Shown here: in pieces, positions 11,147 to 21,487 of the stretch
Layout of the letters: every line of letters begins with the position of its first letter
Position numbering within the stretch: position 1 is the stretch's first letter
From: an uncultured delta proteobacterium
GTDB lineage: Bacteria; Desulfobacterota; Desulfomonilia; Desulfomonilales; Desulfomonilaceae
Direction of reading: 5' to 3'
NCBI GenBank assembly: GCA_963789265.1
Contig: CAWBKB010000001.1
Location: 1,376,001 to 1,440,000, forward strand
DNA: 64,000 bases
The notes under the pieces: generated by a model
What the model saw: only the letters and a program-made list of their open reading frames with translations
The model's database searches: none
What the model was told of the DNA's origin: nothing
Made by a program: the position numbers and the translations under genes

Positions 11147-11448
11147 CACAGTATCGGTGGGCAGATTGCAGGATTGCCCTAGGGAATGACGATATCGCTT
11201 TTAGACTTAACATTTCGGGACCAAGTGCCGTCTCAAATAGAAGAGGGATCATACGCGGCGGATCTCGGCACAGGATGGCAAGAAGTGCACGGCCGGCGCT
11301 TATGGGCCTGACGGTGGACAAGATGCCCACCCCACTGCGCTGGACAGAGCGAATACCGAACCCAGGCCCCGCGCCACAGTGTCCGCGGCTTGTCCCCGAA
11401 AGATCCCAGTGGCATGAACAAAGACGATGAATTATCTGTGAGGCTCAG

Positions 11449-14400
11449 ATGAACGTTGCCGAGTCATCGGTCCGATTTCCAATAACCGTCATTGTCAGGG
11501 TTCTCCTGGTCATTGTCTTCGGGTACGTTTCCCTTACTTTTCTTACTGTCGAGTTAAAACCCGATACGGAAGCCCCGGTACTATGGGTGACCACGAATTT
11601 CCCAGGCGCCGCGCCCGAAGAGGTCGAAGGTGAGATAACCACTCCCTTTGAGGAGGCCATAAGCGGCGTGTCGAACATGCTATATACCCAAAGCCTTTCA
11701 TTTTATGGTCAGTCGCAGCTCACAGTATTCTATAAACCCGGAACCAATCTTGACCTTGCCGCCTCGGAACTTCAGCGGAACCTCAATCGGGTGACGACTT
11801 TGCCGCGGACGGTACAGAAACCGCAGATTTTCAAAGCCAGCGATCAGGTGAGCCTTCCGATCTATCAGTTCGCTTTGACAGGGGATGTGGATCCGGTGAC
11901 CGCATCTACGTGGGCCGACAAATTCATAATCCCGCGAATACTAAGGTTGCCGGGTGTAGGCGACTGCAAGGATGACGGCAACCTCACCCGGGAGATGAGA
12001 ATCACCTACGATCCGCAACGATTGAAATCCAGGCATCTGACCGCCAATGACGTGAAAAAGTTCATCGACCAAACGAATTTCAACCAGAGTGGCGGTTATT
12101 TTGTCCAAGGGACCCGTGAATGGACTACCCGGACAGTGGGAGAGCTTCTCGATGACGACTCCTTCCGCAAGGTGATCATTTCCAAACCTGGCGATCCCGT
12201 TGTGCATCTTTCGGACGTAGCTGATGTTCAAGACATGTACGATCGCCCGGATTCGTATGCTCGCATCAACGGAAAACGCGGGATAGTATTCAGCGTGTTG
12301 GGTCAGGCGGGTGCCAATGTCCTGCAGACCATAGGCGAGATTGATAATGAACTGAAGCTACTTCAGAAAGACTATGGACCGCGTGGGGCAAAATTTACAA
12401 AAATCTACGATACCAGCGACTACATCCGGGATGCCGTCAAGACGGTAAAGTGGTCCTTAATTGAGGCCATTGTGCTGGTCCTTTTGGTGCTGTTTGTTTT
12501 CTTGAAGAATTGGAGGAGCATTTTCATCGTTGCCACTTCAATCCCGGTTTCCATAATCGGAACATTCATCGGGATGTATCTACTGGGCTATTCAATTAAT
12601 GTTCTTTCCCTCGCAGGACTTGCCTTATCCATCGGCATGATAGTCGATGACGCCATTGTCGTTCTGGAGAACATCTACCGGCATCGATACGAAGAAGGAA
12701 AAAGTATCGTCAAGGCATGCGTGGACGGCACTCGCGAAGTGGGAATGGCGGTGCTCATGAGCACTTTAACTACCGCAGCAGTTTTCATGCCGGTTTTGAT
12801 GCTCACAGGTGAGGTAGGCACTCTGTTCGGCCCTGTAGCGTTCATTATTTCAGTGGCAATTTTCTTGTCTTTGTTCGACGCATTCACTGTGGTTCCTATG
12901 CTCGCATCCCGCTGGATGAAACAGGAGAGCGAGCCGGAGGGGCTACTGAGGCGACTGATGTCCCCACTAAAACTCGTTGACCAAATCGGTGCACGGGTTT
13001 CCAACTTGCTCATAGAGTCTCTGCGATTCTTCCTGGGCGCGGGATGGCGAAAAGCGGCATTGGTCGGCACGGTCCTTACGCTTTTCGGTTTGTCATGTTG
13101 GTCGTTGCCCGGGATGGGTTACCTCCCGACCGGAGGCACAAATCTCATAAAAGTATTGATCGAAGCTCCCGAGGGGACCAGCTTGGACGAAAACAGCAGG
13201 CTGATGAAGATTCTCGAGGATCGGTGGAAACACATCAAAGGAGTCCAAAGTATTGTCGCGACTCCGAACAGAGACGTGACCCGGAATGTCATCTTCCTAA
13301 TCTGTGAGAGAGAAGAGGATAGCGGTGTCCCAATGGAGAAAATTGCTCGTAAAGCTTATGAGAAATCCCGCGATCTTCCTTTCAAGTCTGTGAACCCTAT
13401 TCAATTTCCTCTTTTCGGAAATATCAACACCCGGTCCAACATCGTGGACCTACGTGTTGCGGGAGACAGTTACAAGGTGATTGAACCACTGGTCAAACAA
13501 ATTATGGAAATCGGAAATGGCCTAAACGGAATTGTCTTCCGTCACACGGACCTTGCGCTGCGCAAACCGGAAGTCCAGGTCCGCGTCGATGAGGAAAGGG
13601 CCGCCAATTTGGGCTTTCAGTCCAAGGACATTGCCGATGCTGTGGAAGCAGCAGGTGGGGGTCAACAGACCACGACCCAGTATGACGTAGGAGGTCGATA
13701 TTTCTACGTCATGGTTATGGGCAGGGAAAGCGACGTTAAGACGGTCGGTGACGTGGACCGCATCGTCCTGACTTCACCGCTTAATGCCGACATTCAGGTC
13801 CCCCTGACAAGCGTGGCATCCGTGAAAACCGCTTTCGGACCGCTCGAGATTGGTCACTATAACTCGAAACGGGCGGCGGATATTCAGTTCACTGTGCAGG
13901 GAAAGCCGCTGTCCGAAGTGTTTCAGGAGGCTATGTCCAAAATAAAGTCAAGCGTTCCTTTGCCTATCGGGTATGACGTTGTCCCGTTTGGAGCGGTCAA
14001 CGAACTTCGAACTCTCATGCAGGCGATAAAATTTGTCTTCCCGCTTTCCGTGGTCGTGGTGTACCTTCTGCTTGTCATGCAGTTCCAGTCGTTCATGCGG
14101 CCCTTTGCGATCATCCTTAGCGTTCCGCTTTCCATAATCGGGGCAAACGTTTTGGTGAACCTCACGGGAGTCCACTTCGACTCGTTTACCATGCTGGGAT
14201 ACATCATGATGGTGGGACTAGTTGTAAAGAATGCCATCATATTGATCACGTACACAGTTCAACTGACAGAGCAAGGCATTGATCGAGAGGAGGCCCTGAT
14301 TCTTGCAAGCAAACGTAGGATGCGGCCGATCTTCATGACGGCTATCGCAATGGTTTTGGGAATGCTTCCCTTGGCTCTCAAGCACGGCGCCGGCGCGGAG

Positions 14401-14577
14401 ATCTACAACGGGCTTGCAATGGCGGTCGTGGGAGGTCTTTCTGTTGCGACACTTTTCACCCTGGTGTTCATCCCCGTGGTCTATACGATCCTCGAGGACT
14501 TGAAGACACGGTTCTGGAAGGTCAAGCCCGTCACGATTGACGACCTGATCGGAGAAACAGTTGACAAGATCGGCTGA
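11449..14577 (+). CDS. RND permease (AcrB/MdtB-like), copy 2, intact
   Basis: 1042 aa; IVDDAIV, VKNAI, RMRPIFMT motifs. Confidence 0.93.
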   Translation: MNVAESSVRFPITVIVRVLLVIVFGYVSLTFLTVELKPDTEAPVLWVTTNFPGAAPEEVEGEITTPFEEAISGVSNMLYTQSLSFYGQSQLTVFYKPGTNLDLAASELQRNLNRVTTLPRTVQKPQIFKASDQVSLPIYQFALTGDVDPVTASTWADKFIIPRILRLPGVGDCKDDGNLTREMRITYDPQRLKSRHLTANDVKKFIDQTNFNQSGGYFVQGTREWTTRTVGELLDDDSFRKVIISKPGDPVVHLSDVADVQDMYDRPDSYARINGKRGIVFSVLGQAGANVLQTIGEIDNELKLLQKDYGPRGAKFTKIYDTSDYIRDAVKTVKWSLIEAIVLVLLVLFVFLKNWRSIFIVATSIPVSIIGTFIGMYLLGYSINVLSLAGLALSIGMIVDDAIVVLENIYRHRYEEGKSIVKACVDGTREVGMAVLMSTLTTAAVFMPVLMLTGEVGTLFGPVAFIISVAIFLSLFDAFTVVPMLASRWMKQESEPEGLLRRLMSPLKLVDQIGARVSNLLIESLRFFLGAGWRKAALVGTVLTLFGLSCWSLPGMGYLPTGGTNLIKVLIEAPEGTSLDENSRLMKILEDRWKHIKGVQSIVATPNRDVTRNVIFLICEREEDSGVPMEKIARKAYEKSRDLPFKSVNPIQFPLFGNINTRSNIVDLRVAGDSYKVIEPLVKQIMEIGNGLNGIVFRHTDLALRKPEVQVRVDEERAANLGFQSKDIADAVEAAGGGQQTTTQYDVGGRYFYVMVMGRESDVKTVGDVDRIVLTSPLNADIQVPLTSVASVKTAFGPLEIGHYNSKRAADIQFTVQGKPLSEVFQEAMSKIKSSVPLPIGYDVVPFGAVNELRTLMQAIKFVFPLSVVVVYLLLVMQFQSFMRPFAIILSVPLSIIGANVLVNLTGVHFDSFTMLGYIMMVGLVVKNAIILITYTVQLTEQGIDREEALILASKRRMRPIFMTAIAMVLGMLPLALKHGAGAEIYNGLAMAVVGGLSVATLFTLVFIPVVYTILEDLKTRFWKVKPVTIDDLIGETVDKIG

Positions 14578-14699
14578 TCACAGATGCAATCAAGGTAAAA
14601 CCATGGATGTTGTGTGTGCTTGTGAGTGCCCGACAACGCGCAGAGCCCGGGCCCAAACGATACTTATCTTCAGGAACTAACTGTACTGACGGAGTTTCC

Positions 14700-15866
14700 A
14701 TGACTGCACGACTTCTCACATTCTCGTTGTTGATTTTGCTGCTGTTGGCCGGCTGTGGGACGCGACAGGACAAAGGGCTGCCCCCGCCGAAAATAAAAGT
14801 GGGTGTTGTCAGAGTTGAAAACGGCGACTTGAGGCAGAACCTTGAAGTAACGGGCAACCTTCATTTCATCGCAAATACCACTGTCTCGGCAGAGGTTTCA
14901 GCCCAGGTGAAGTCCATTGACGTACGTGACGGTCAGTTGGTGAAAAGAGGGCAAACCCTCCTTACCTTCGATGATTCCATGATTCGAGACGCGGCCGATC
15001 AGGCACAGGGTAATTTGCAGAAGGATGAAGCCACACTTGCCTTCAACAAGACCGACTGGGAGAAGAATGTCCCGCTGCTTAAAAGTGGAGCCATAAGCCG
15101 GACCACCTACGATCAAAAAGTGTCGGCCTACCAGAACGCCAAAGGCCAGGTCGAGGCCGACAAGGGGGCACTGGCAAAGGCTAAAGAGGATCTGAAGCAC
15201 ACTGTTGAAATTGCCCCCATAGACGGGGTACTTTCGAGCCGTTACGTCGAAAAAGGGGATTGGGTGTCGACAGGAGGAAAACTGTTCCAGATCAGCGAGT
15301 ACACCACCGCATATTTACAGACTTTTCTTAGCGACAAAGAGGTTGGAAAGTTGAACTTCGATCGAGTCATTCGGGAAGGAACAGGTGTAGCGGTGGAAGT
15401 GGCGGTAGACTCTATACCCGGAAAAACTTTCAAAGGGAAGGTAGGCTACATTCAGCCGGTCATGAATCAGAATCGGCTCTTTGAAGTGCGCATTTATATT
15501 GATAATCGGGACATGCAACTTCTTGAAGGGATGTATGCCCGTGGCCGGATCCTGATCAAACGCATTCCCGACGTCGTCAGGATACCAATTGATGCACTGT
15601 TGGAGCAAGTTCGCAATAACGATAGAAACGCTGTTGTAAGAGTGGGCAAACAGTCACAAGCCGAGATAGCCCGAATAAAAATAGGCGCAACAGACAAAAA
15701 AAACGCACAAGTATTGGTCGGCCTCAAGCCAGGCGATGTAGTGGTGGTCGAGGGCAAAGAAGTCCTTAGCAACGGGCAGCCTCTCGAAACTGCCGTGGCG
15801 TCGTCAACCCCGGACCGGACAGTAGCTGAGGTGCCGAAAGACTCCCGGCACAGGGGCACTGACTGA
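14700..15866 (+). CDS. RND membrane fusion protein (lipoprotein)
   Basis: Lipobox LLAGC, lipoyl-hairpin pattern (V..GQ.L, IAPIDG), GGAG RBS before ATG 14700. Confidence 0.92.
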   Translation: MTARLLTFSLLILLLLAGCGTRQDKGLPPPKIKVGVVRVENGDLRQNLEVTGNLHFIANTTVSAEVSAQVKSIDVRDGQLVKRGQTLLTFDDSMIRDAADQAQGNLQKDEATLAFNKTDWEKNVPLLKSGAISRTTYDQKVSAYQNAKGQVEADKGALAKAKEDLKHTVEIAPIDGVLSSRYVEKGDWVSTGGKLFQISEYTTAYLQTFLSDKEVGKLNFDRVIREGTGVAVEVAVDSIPGKTFKGKVGYIQPVMNQNRLFEVRIYIDNRDMQLLEGMYARGRILIKRIPDVVRIPIDALLEQVRNNDRNAVVRVGKQSQAEIARIKIGATDKKNAQVLVGLKPGDVVVVEGKEVLSNGQPLETAVASSTPDRTVAEVPKDSRHRGTD

Positions 15867-16106
15867 GCTTGACGATTGACCGGTTCATTATTCTTCTCAT
15901 GGCAAAAATCTCTCAGGCAGAAGTCCCTCCGTACCATTCGGCTTGTGGACGACAGGCACTGTTAGCCCTTACTACGACACTTGCTTTCCAGGTACACCAG
16001 TTCCTCCGGGTAACCGTTCAGTCTTGGATGGGTCAAATGTAGCGATGACTGTGGAGAGGGCTTTCCAGCTCGCCGTGAATGCAGTTCCCGAATCGACAAG
16101 GTGGAA

Positions 16107-16542
16107 GAGACTGTCTCAAAGCCATTTTGGTGCCTGGAATCGTGGCACGTTGACAACCCGGCGCTAAAGAAACTGTCCCAAAACTAATTTGATGAGCCAG
16201 AATCGTGCCACGATTCTGGCTCATTCGTATAGTCGTCGCCCTCACCCCAACCCTCTCCCAGAGGGAGAGGGAGCAGATACAGCGCAGTTTTGCACTTCCC
16301 TCGCCCTCTGGGAGAGGGACACAAGGTGAGGGATTCGTGCTACGATTCCGACCGCTTCATTGTTTTGGAGACAGTTTGTAAAGCACCGGGCTACTTACTG
16401 TCGCCCCGATTGGGCTCAAATGCAAGCGTCCCCAAGGGACCGGTGATAGCATAGCCCGGTTTCTCGCGCGAGACGCGGGATTGCCGGGGAAGGGGGCATC
16501 ATGCAAGGACTTTTTTTCACGCCTCGATTTAGAGACAGTTTC
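16107..16542. mobile_element. Nested MITEs (outer 16107-16542, inner 16169-16378)
   Basis: Outer TIR GAGACTGTCTCAAA / TTTAGAGACAGTTTC with GGAA TSD; inner TIR GAAACTGTCCCAAAAC / GTTTTGGAGACAGTTTG with TAAA TSD; internal CCCTCACCCC..GAGAGGG REP doublet. Confidence 0.75.
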
Positions 16543-16859
16543 GGAAAGCCTGCCCCCAGAGACTGAATGCTTGGTCCTCTACCTCAACGTACCCATTTGT
16601 GCTGCGCACGGAAGTGCGATAAGGTATAATTATTGCACATTACCGGACAGACGGCGGTTCGAGCCGACTGATTTCCTTCATTATCACACGAAGCGTCAGG
16701 AAGGCGGAATCACCGTTGCGGCAACATTGCAATCGAGTTGCAAAATAACTCGCTGTGGCTACAAACTTCCTGTTTGTTCATGTTGCTCTCCTTCATGACT
16801 GAACTGCCTCGATCCGGAGCGTCCCAACGCTCCGGTCGACAGAACCAAAGGGAGCGGAA

Positions 16860-18191
16860 ATGGAAAACAATCAGGTGCTTCAGGCTATTCTGAACAGTGT
16901 CTCCGAAGGGGTCATGGCCCTGGATCGGGACTGGAAGATATTCTCCTGGAACCTCGCTGCGGAGAGAATTACAGGATTTCACAAAGAAGAAGTCCTTGGA
17001 AAAGAGTGCACGAAGATATTCCGGACATCTCTGTGTCGCGAGAATTGCCCGGTGGATAAGGCGCTCTCCTGCGGCCATCCTTACCATGATATCGCAGTGG
17101 CAATTCGAAACAAGAACAACCAGATTGTACATCTTCTGGTCAATGCCACACCCTTGTACGACGCTGATGGAAGCATCATCGGAGGGCTCGAGACCTTTAG
17201 GGACGTGTCTCAGAGCCATTGGATGCAGGAGGAGCTGCAGCAACAGTACGGGTACCGCACAATTGTCGGCAGAAGCCGGGCGATTAAGAAGGTCTTCGAA
17301 CTGATGGCTGACCTCATAAAAACAGATACAACTGTTCTGATCCAAGGCGAATCAGGGACGGGTAAGGAATTGATTGCAAGGGCCCTTCACTTTTACGGGC
17401 CTCGCAGGGACAGGTCTTTCGTGGCTCTTAACTGTTCCGCGCTCTCCGAAGGAGTGCTTGAATCAGAGCTTTTCGGCCATGTGAAAGGGGCTTTCACCGG
17501 GGCGGTTAGAGATCACGTGGGAAAACTGGAATTGGCCAACGGCGGAACCCTGTTTCTTGATGAAATAGGAGAGATTAGCCAATCCCTGCAAGTGAAGCTC
17601 CTCAGAGTCCTTGAGGAACGAGAATTTCAAAGAGTCGGCGACAACAGAACCGTAAGAATTGACTCAAGAATCATCACAGCCACCAACCGGGACTTATACA
17701 AGAAGGTCCTCGACGGCTCCTTCCGTGACGATCTGTACTATCGGCTCAGTGTGTTCCCGGTGCATTTGCCTCCGTTGAGAGAGAGAATTGATGACATTCC
17801 TGTTCTGATCGGCCATTTTATTGAAAAATTCAACAAACAGATGGGCAGGAGTATTCAAGGGATAACAGATCGAGTCCTGGACATCCTGGAAAAATATTAC
17901 TGGCCGGGGAATATCCGGGAGCTGGCCAATGCCCTGGAACATGCTTTTGTCCATGCCCGAGGCGCGCTGATCTACCCTCAAGATCTTCCACAAAGCCTGC
18001 TGAATTCACCTCAGACTCCTCTCATACATAAAGCTCATGAAAGGGAAAGGGCTCTGGATCATGTTGAGCGGGAAATGATCGTTAAAGAGCTCGAGGCCGC
18101 GGGGTGGAACAAGACGGTCGCGGCGAAACGGCTTCGTATGGGCCGCTCCACTCTTTGGCGAAAGATGGAGAAATACGGGATAAGTCGATAG
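16860..18191 (+). CDS. PAS-domain sigma54-dependent activator (Fis HTH)
   Basis: GESGTGKE, GAFTGA, LFLDEIGE, WPGNIREL, C-terminal HTH; N-terminal PAS. Confidence 0.95.
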   Translation: MENNQVLQAILNSVSEGVMALDRDWKIFSWNLAAERITGFHKEEVLGKECTKIFRTSLCRENCPVDKALSCGHPYHDIAVAIRNKNNQIVHLLVNATPLYDADGSIIGGLETFRDVSQSHWMQEELQQQYGYRTIVGRSRAIKKVFELMADLIKTDTTVLIQGESGTGKELIARALHFYGPRRDRSFVALNCSALSEGVLESELFGHVKGAFTGAVRDHVGKLELANGGTLFLDEIGEISQSLQVKLLRVLEEREFQRVGDNRTVRIDSRIITATNRDLYKKVLDGSFRDDLYYRLSVFPVHLPPLRERIDDIPVLIGHFIEKFNKQMGRSIQGITDRVLDILEKYYWPGNIRELANALEHAFVHARGALIYPQDLPQSLLNSPQTPLIHKAHERERALDHVEREMIVKELEAAGWNKTVAAKRLRMGRSTLWRKMEKYGISR

Positions 18192-18226
18192 TCCCAGTTG
18201 TGAAACACTGTTTCATGGCTGGAACA
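18190..18226. promoter_or_regulatory. Tandem upstream activator sites
   Basis: AGTCCCA-N4-TGAAACA and TGTTTCA-N4-TGGAACA, about 210-245 bp upstream of the -24/-12 promoter. Confidence 0.65.
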
Positions 18227-18436
18227 TTCGGCAAAACCCCGTTTATCCGACTACTTACAAACTTCCAGTTGATTATCGTTTCATCAGTGATCCTATCCTC
18301 ACGCTTCCTTATCCCTCGACTCAGTTATCGCCGGCATTTTGATTCTGCTTTCTTTCCGACTACCCATCGAAGGATATCCTGAACCAGAGCGGGATATTAT
18401 CTGACGAGAAAAGGTTTAGTTTGGTCGGCCGCGCTT

Positions 18437-18451
18437 TGGCACGCCGCTTGC
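18437..18451 (+). promoter_or_regulatory. sigma54 -24/-12 promoter
   Basis: TGGCACGCCGCTTGC matches the consensus TGGCAC-N5-TTGC. Confidence 0.85.
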
Positions 18452-18563
18452 TTTACTAAGGATCAGAAAGACACTCGGCCAATGGCGCCGGACCAAAAAC
18501 AGAATCAGACTCCAACACCCGGCGTGCAGATCCCCAGCCTCAGAAACGAAAGGAGCGCGGGTC

Positions 18564-18956
18564 ATGCCAAAGAAAATCTTGATTATTGATGATGAGCCGG
18601 ATGTCCTCCTCTTCCTGGGGACGCTTCTCCGGAAGAACGGTTATGAGGTGTGCGAGGCGTGTAACGGCCAAGAGGGGCTGACGAAAGTCAATGAAGAAAA
18701 GCCCGACCTGGTCTGCCTGGATCTCCTGATGCCGGAGAAGACAGGCATCAAGGTGTACCACGAAATGAGGAAGGACGATCAGCTCAAGAAGGTGCCGGTG
18801 ATCATGGTTACAGGCTTTTCAACTCCGGCGATCGGGTACATGGATTTCAAGAAGTTCATTCATGAAAGGTCGATTCCCGCGCCGGAAGGCTATATCGAGA
18901 AGCCTGTCAATAAAGAAGAATTCCTGAAAGCCGTGAAGGAAGTCCTCGACAGTTGA
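18564..18956 (+). CDS. Single-domain response regulator
   Basis: IDDE, LDLLMP, TG, EKP receiver motifs; no output domain. Confidence 0.92.
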   Translation: MPKKILIIDDEPDVLLFLGTLLRKNGYEVCEACNGQEGLTKVNEEKPDLVCLDLLMPEKTGIKVYHEMRKDDQLKKVPVIMVTGFSTPAIGYMDFKKFIHERSIPAPEGYIEKPVNKEEFLKAVKEVLDS

Positions 18957-19016
18957 ACTCGGGTTCTTGCCTCCCTCTAGGGCAATCTCTTTCACGAACG
19001 GAAAGTTGAGGTCCAC

Positions 19017-21353
19017 TTGGGCCGCATTGTGGAAAAATGGACCGTCCTTTTCCGAAGCTTGGGGTTCAAAATCGGCTTGAGCGTAGGCTTGATCTTGCTC
19101 ACTTCGTATATTGTCTTCATCTTTATCCTGCTCGATATCCAGCAGGATTTCTATTTCAATCGGATGATTCGCGAAGCGGACAGGTTCAGCGCAGCGGTTA
19201 TAAGAGCAACAAGGCACAGCATGCTGAGCAACGATCCGAACGCCACAAAAACGATTGTTGCCGATCTGAGCACGCAGGAAGGAATTTCGGATATCCGGAT
19301 CTACAACCACGAAGGGATAACCAGATTTTCTGCGCAACCTTCCGAGATAGGCGCTCGGTTGGACAAGAAAGCGGAGGCATGTTTTGCATGCCATTCAGAG
19401 GACAAACCCTTCAGCGAAGTAATCACGGGCACGCGAGCGCGTATCCATTATCACGAAGGCCACAGAGTGCTGGGAATGATCACTCCCATCTATAACGAAC
19501 CAGGCTGCTACCAGGCCAAATGTCACGCGCATCCGGCGAAACATAAGGTCTTAGGCGTGCTGGATGTGGGCATGTCATTGAAGGGGTTCGACGCCCACTC
19601 CAGGACCCTTGTGACCAAGATCGTAGTACTGGGCTTCAGCACATGTGCCGCCGTTCTTATTACTATCGCCGTATATCTGATCTTTCGAGTGCATAAGCCG
19701 GTCAACCGCCTTCGGGGGGCTATCAAGAAAATCGCCGCAGGGGATTTCATGTGTAAAGTCCCGGTTGATTCCAAGGACGAGATCGGCCAGTGCGCCCTGG
19801 GATTCAACATAATGCGCGACCAGATAAGAAGGCGAACCCAGGAGCTAATCCGTAGCCGATGGGAGTTCAAGAACCTTTTCGAGCAAGTTCCCTGCTTCAT
19901 TTGCGTAATAAACAAAAATCTCGAGATAGTCCAACAAAACACTCTCATGACCGACATGTTCAAGGGTTGCGTCGGCATGCACTGCTATGAGGTTTTCAAG
20001 AAGACCCAAATAAAATGCGATGATTGCCATGCAGAAGAAACTTTGAAGAGCGGGGAAATGTCCCGAACAGAGCACTGCGGTTTGACCCCGGCCGGCGAGG
20101 AAGTGGACTACGTGAGCTACACGACTCCTGTCATGGACGAAAAGGGTCAGGTGCTTTACGCGATGATCGTTGCCGTAGACATTAGAGACCGCGTGAGATT
20201 GGCGAAGGAACTACAGGTCTCGAAAGACTTTCAGACGAACCTCATCGAAAACTCTATCCACGGCATCGTGGCTACCGATGACAACGGCCGAGTGGCGATA
20301 TTCAATCGAGCTGCGGAAAGCCTTCTTGGATACCAGGCCGCGGAAGTTATCGGAGCGGTCGATCTGGAAAAATATTTCCCCGAGCAGTTTGTTGAATTGG
20401 TTCGAGCGGCCCATAGCGGAAAACCTATTGCCAAAAAGAGGGTTGTCGCCCAAGAAAGCATGGTTTGTTCCGCAGCAGGAGAACAGATTCCCGTTCGTTT
20501 CTCCGGAATAATCCTTTTCGAGAATGGGAAGATCTTGGGAAGCGTCGGCTTTTACCAGGACCTCAGGACATTCAAGAGGCTGGAGCGGGAGAAGCAGGCG
20601 TCAGATCGTCTCGCCGTCGTTGGTCAAACCGTGGCCGGTTTGGCGCATGGCATCAAGAATATTCTTCAGGGACTTGAAGGTGGGGTCTTCGTGGTTCAGA
20701 CAGCTATCGAGGACAACGATCAGACCCTGCTGGGACGTGGCTGGAAGGTGGTTCAAAAGAACATCGCCCGTGTCTCGGAACTCGTGAAAGACTTGTTGAG
20801 CTATTCAAAAGAAAGGCCGCCCGAGTACGAGGAAACCGATCCGAATGTGTTGGCTGAAGAGGTATGTGCTCTGTTCGACATAAAGGCCCAGGAAAAATCG
20901 ATAGTAATCGAGAGGCGATTCGATCCCCAGGCCGGTAAAATGTTTAAAGTCTTCCTCGATCAACGAGGCATTCACACTTGTTTGTCCAATCTCCTCACCA
21001 ATGCCATAGACGCATGTGAAATCGATAAGTTGAAAAAAGAGCATCGCATCTGCGTTTGCACGAAACAAGACCCGGAAGGGAATCTTATCTTTGAAATATC
21101 GGACAATGGCACCGGCATGGATGAAGAAACAAAGCACAAGGTTTTTTCCGGCTTTTTCTCAACCAAAGGGAGTCGTGGCACCGGTCTTGGGCTCCTGGTT
21201 ACGAGCAAGATAGTTATGGAACATGGGGGACAGATTCTTTTTGAAAGCACGGCCGGCATTGGAACCACCTTCACTATCAAATTGCCGCCGGGCCGGGCCA
21301 CTGTTCCTCAAGAGCCGATGACTGCCTCCTTGCCGGCTAATACCGCGGCATAG
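19017..21353 (+). CDS. Sensor histidine kinase: periplasmic heme-c-motif domain, HAMP, two PAS, HisKA, HATPase
   Basis: Two TMs flanking CFACH and CYQAKCH; H-box AHGIKN, N-box NAIDA, DNGTG, GTGLGL. Confidence 0.92.
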   Translation: MGRIVEKWTVLFRSLGFKIGLSVGLILLTSYIVFIFILLDIQQDFYFNRMIREADRFSAAVIRATRHSMLSNDPNATKTIVADLSTQEGISDIRIYNHEGITRFSAQPSEIGARLDKKAEACFACHSEDKPFSEVITGTRARIHYHEGHRVLGMITPIYNEPGCYQAKCHAHPAKHKVLGVLDVGMSLKGFDAHSRTLVTKIVVLGFSTCAAVLITIAVYLIFRVHKPVNRLRGAIKKIAAGDFMCKVPVDSKDEIGQCALGFNIMRDQIRRRTQELIRSRWEFKNLFEQVPCFICVINKNLEIVQQNTLMTDMFKGCVGMHCYEVFKKTQIKCDDCHAEETLKSGEMSRTEHCGLTPAGEEVDYVSYTTPVMDEKGQVLYAMIVAVDIRDRVRLAKELQVSKDFQTNLIENSIHGIVATDDNGRVAIFNRAAESLLGYQAAEVIGAVDLEKYFPEQFVELVRAAHSGKPIAKKRVVAQESMVCSAAGEQIPVRFSGIILFENGKILGSVGFYQDLRTFKRLEREKQASDRLAVVGQTVAGLAHGIKNILQGLEGGVFVVQTAIEDNDQTLLGRGWKVVQKNIARVSELVKDLLSYSKERPPEYEETDPNVLAEEVCALFDIKAQEKSIVIERRFDPQAGKMFKVFLDQRGIHTCLSNLLTNAIDACEIDKLKKEHRICVCTKQDPEGNLIFEISDNGTGMDEETKHKVFSGFFSTKGSRGTGLGLLVTSKIVMEHGGQILFESTAGIGTTFTIKLPPGRATVPQEPMTASLPANTAA

Positions 21354-21487
21354 CCGGTGACAAAGTGACGTGTGGTTAATGAAAAAACCAGGTAAGTCAA
21401 AGACTTGAGCGGATAAATGAGTACAGTTACGCATTCGACAAGAGGCCGGCAACAGATCGAAGGCTAGCTTCTGCATTGGAGGAACCT

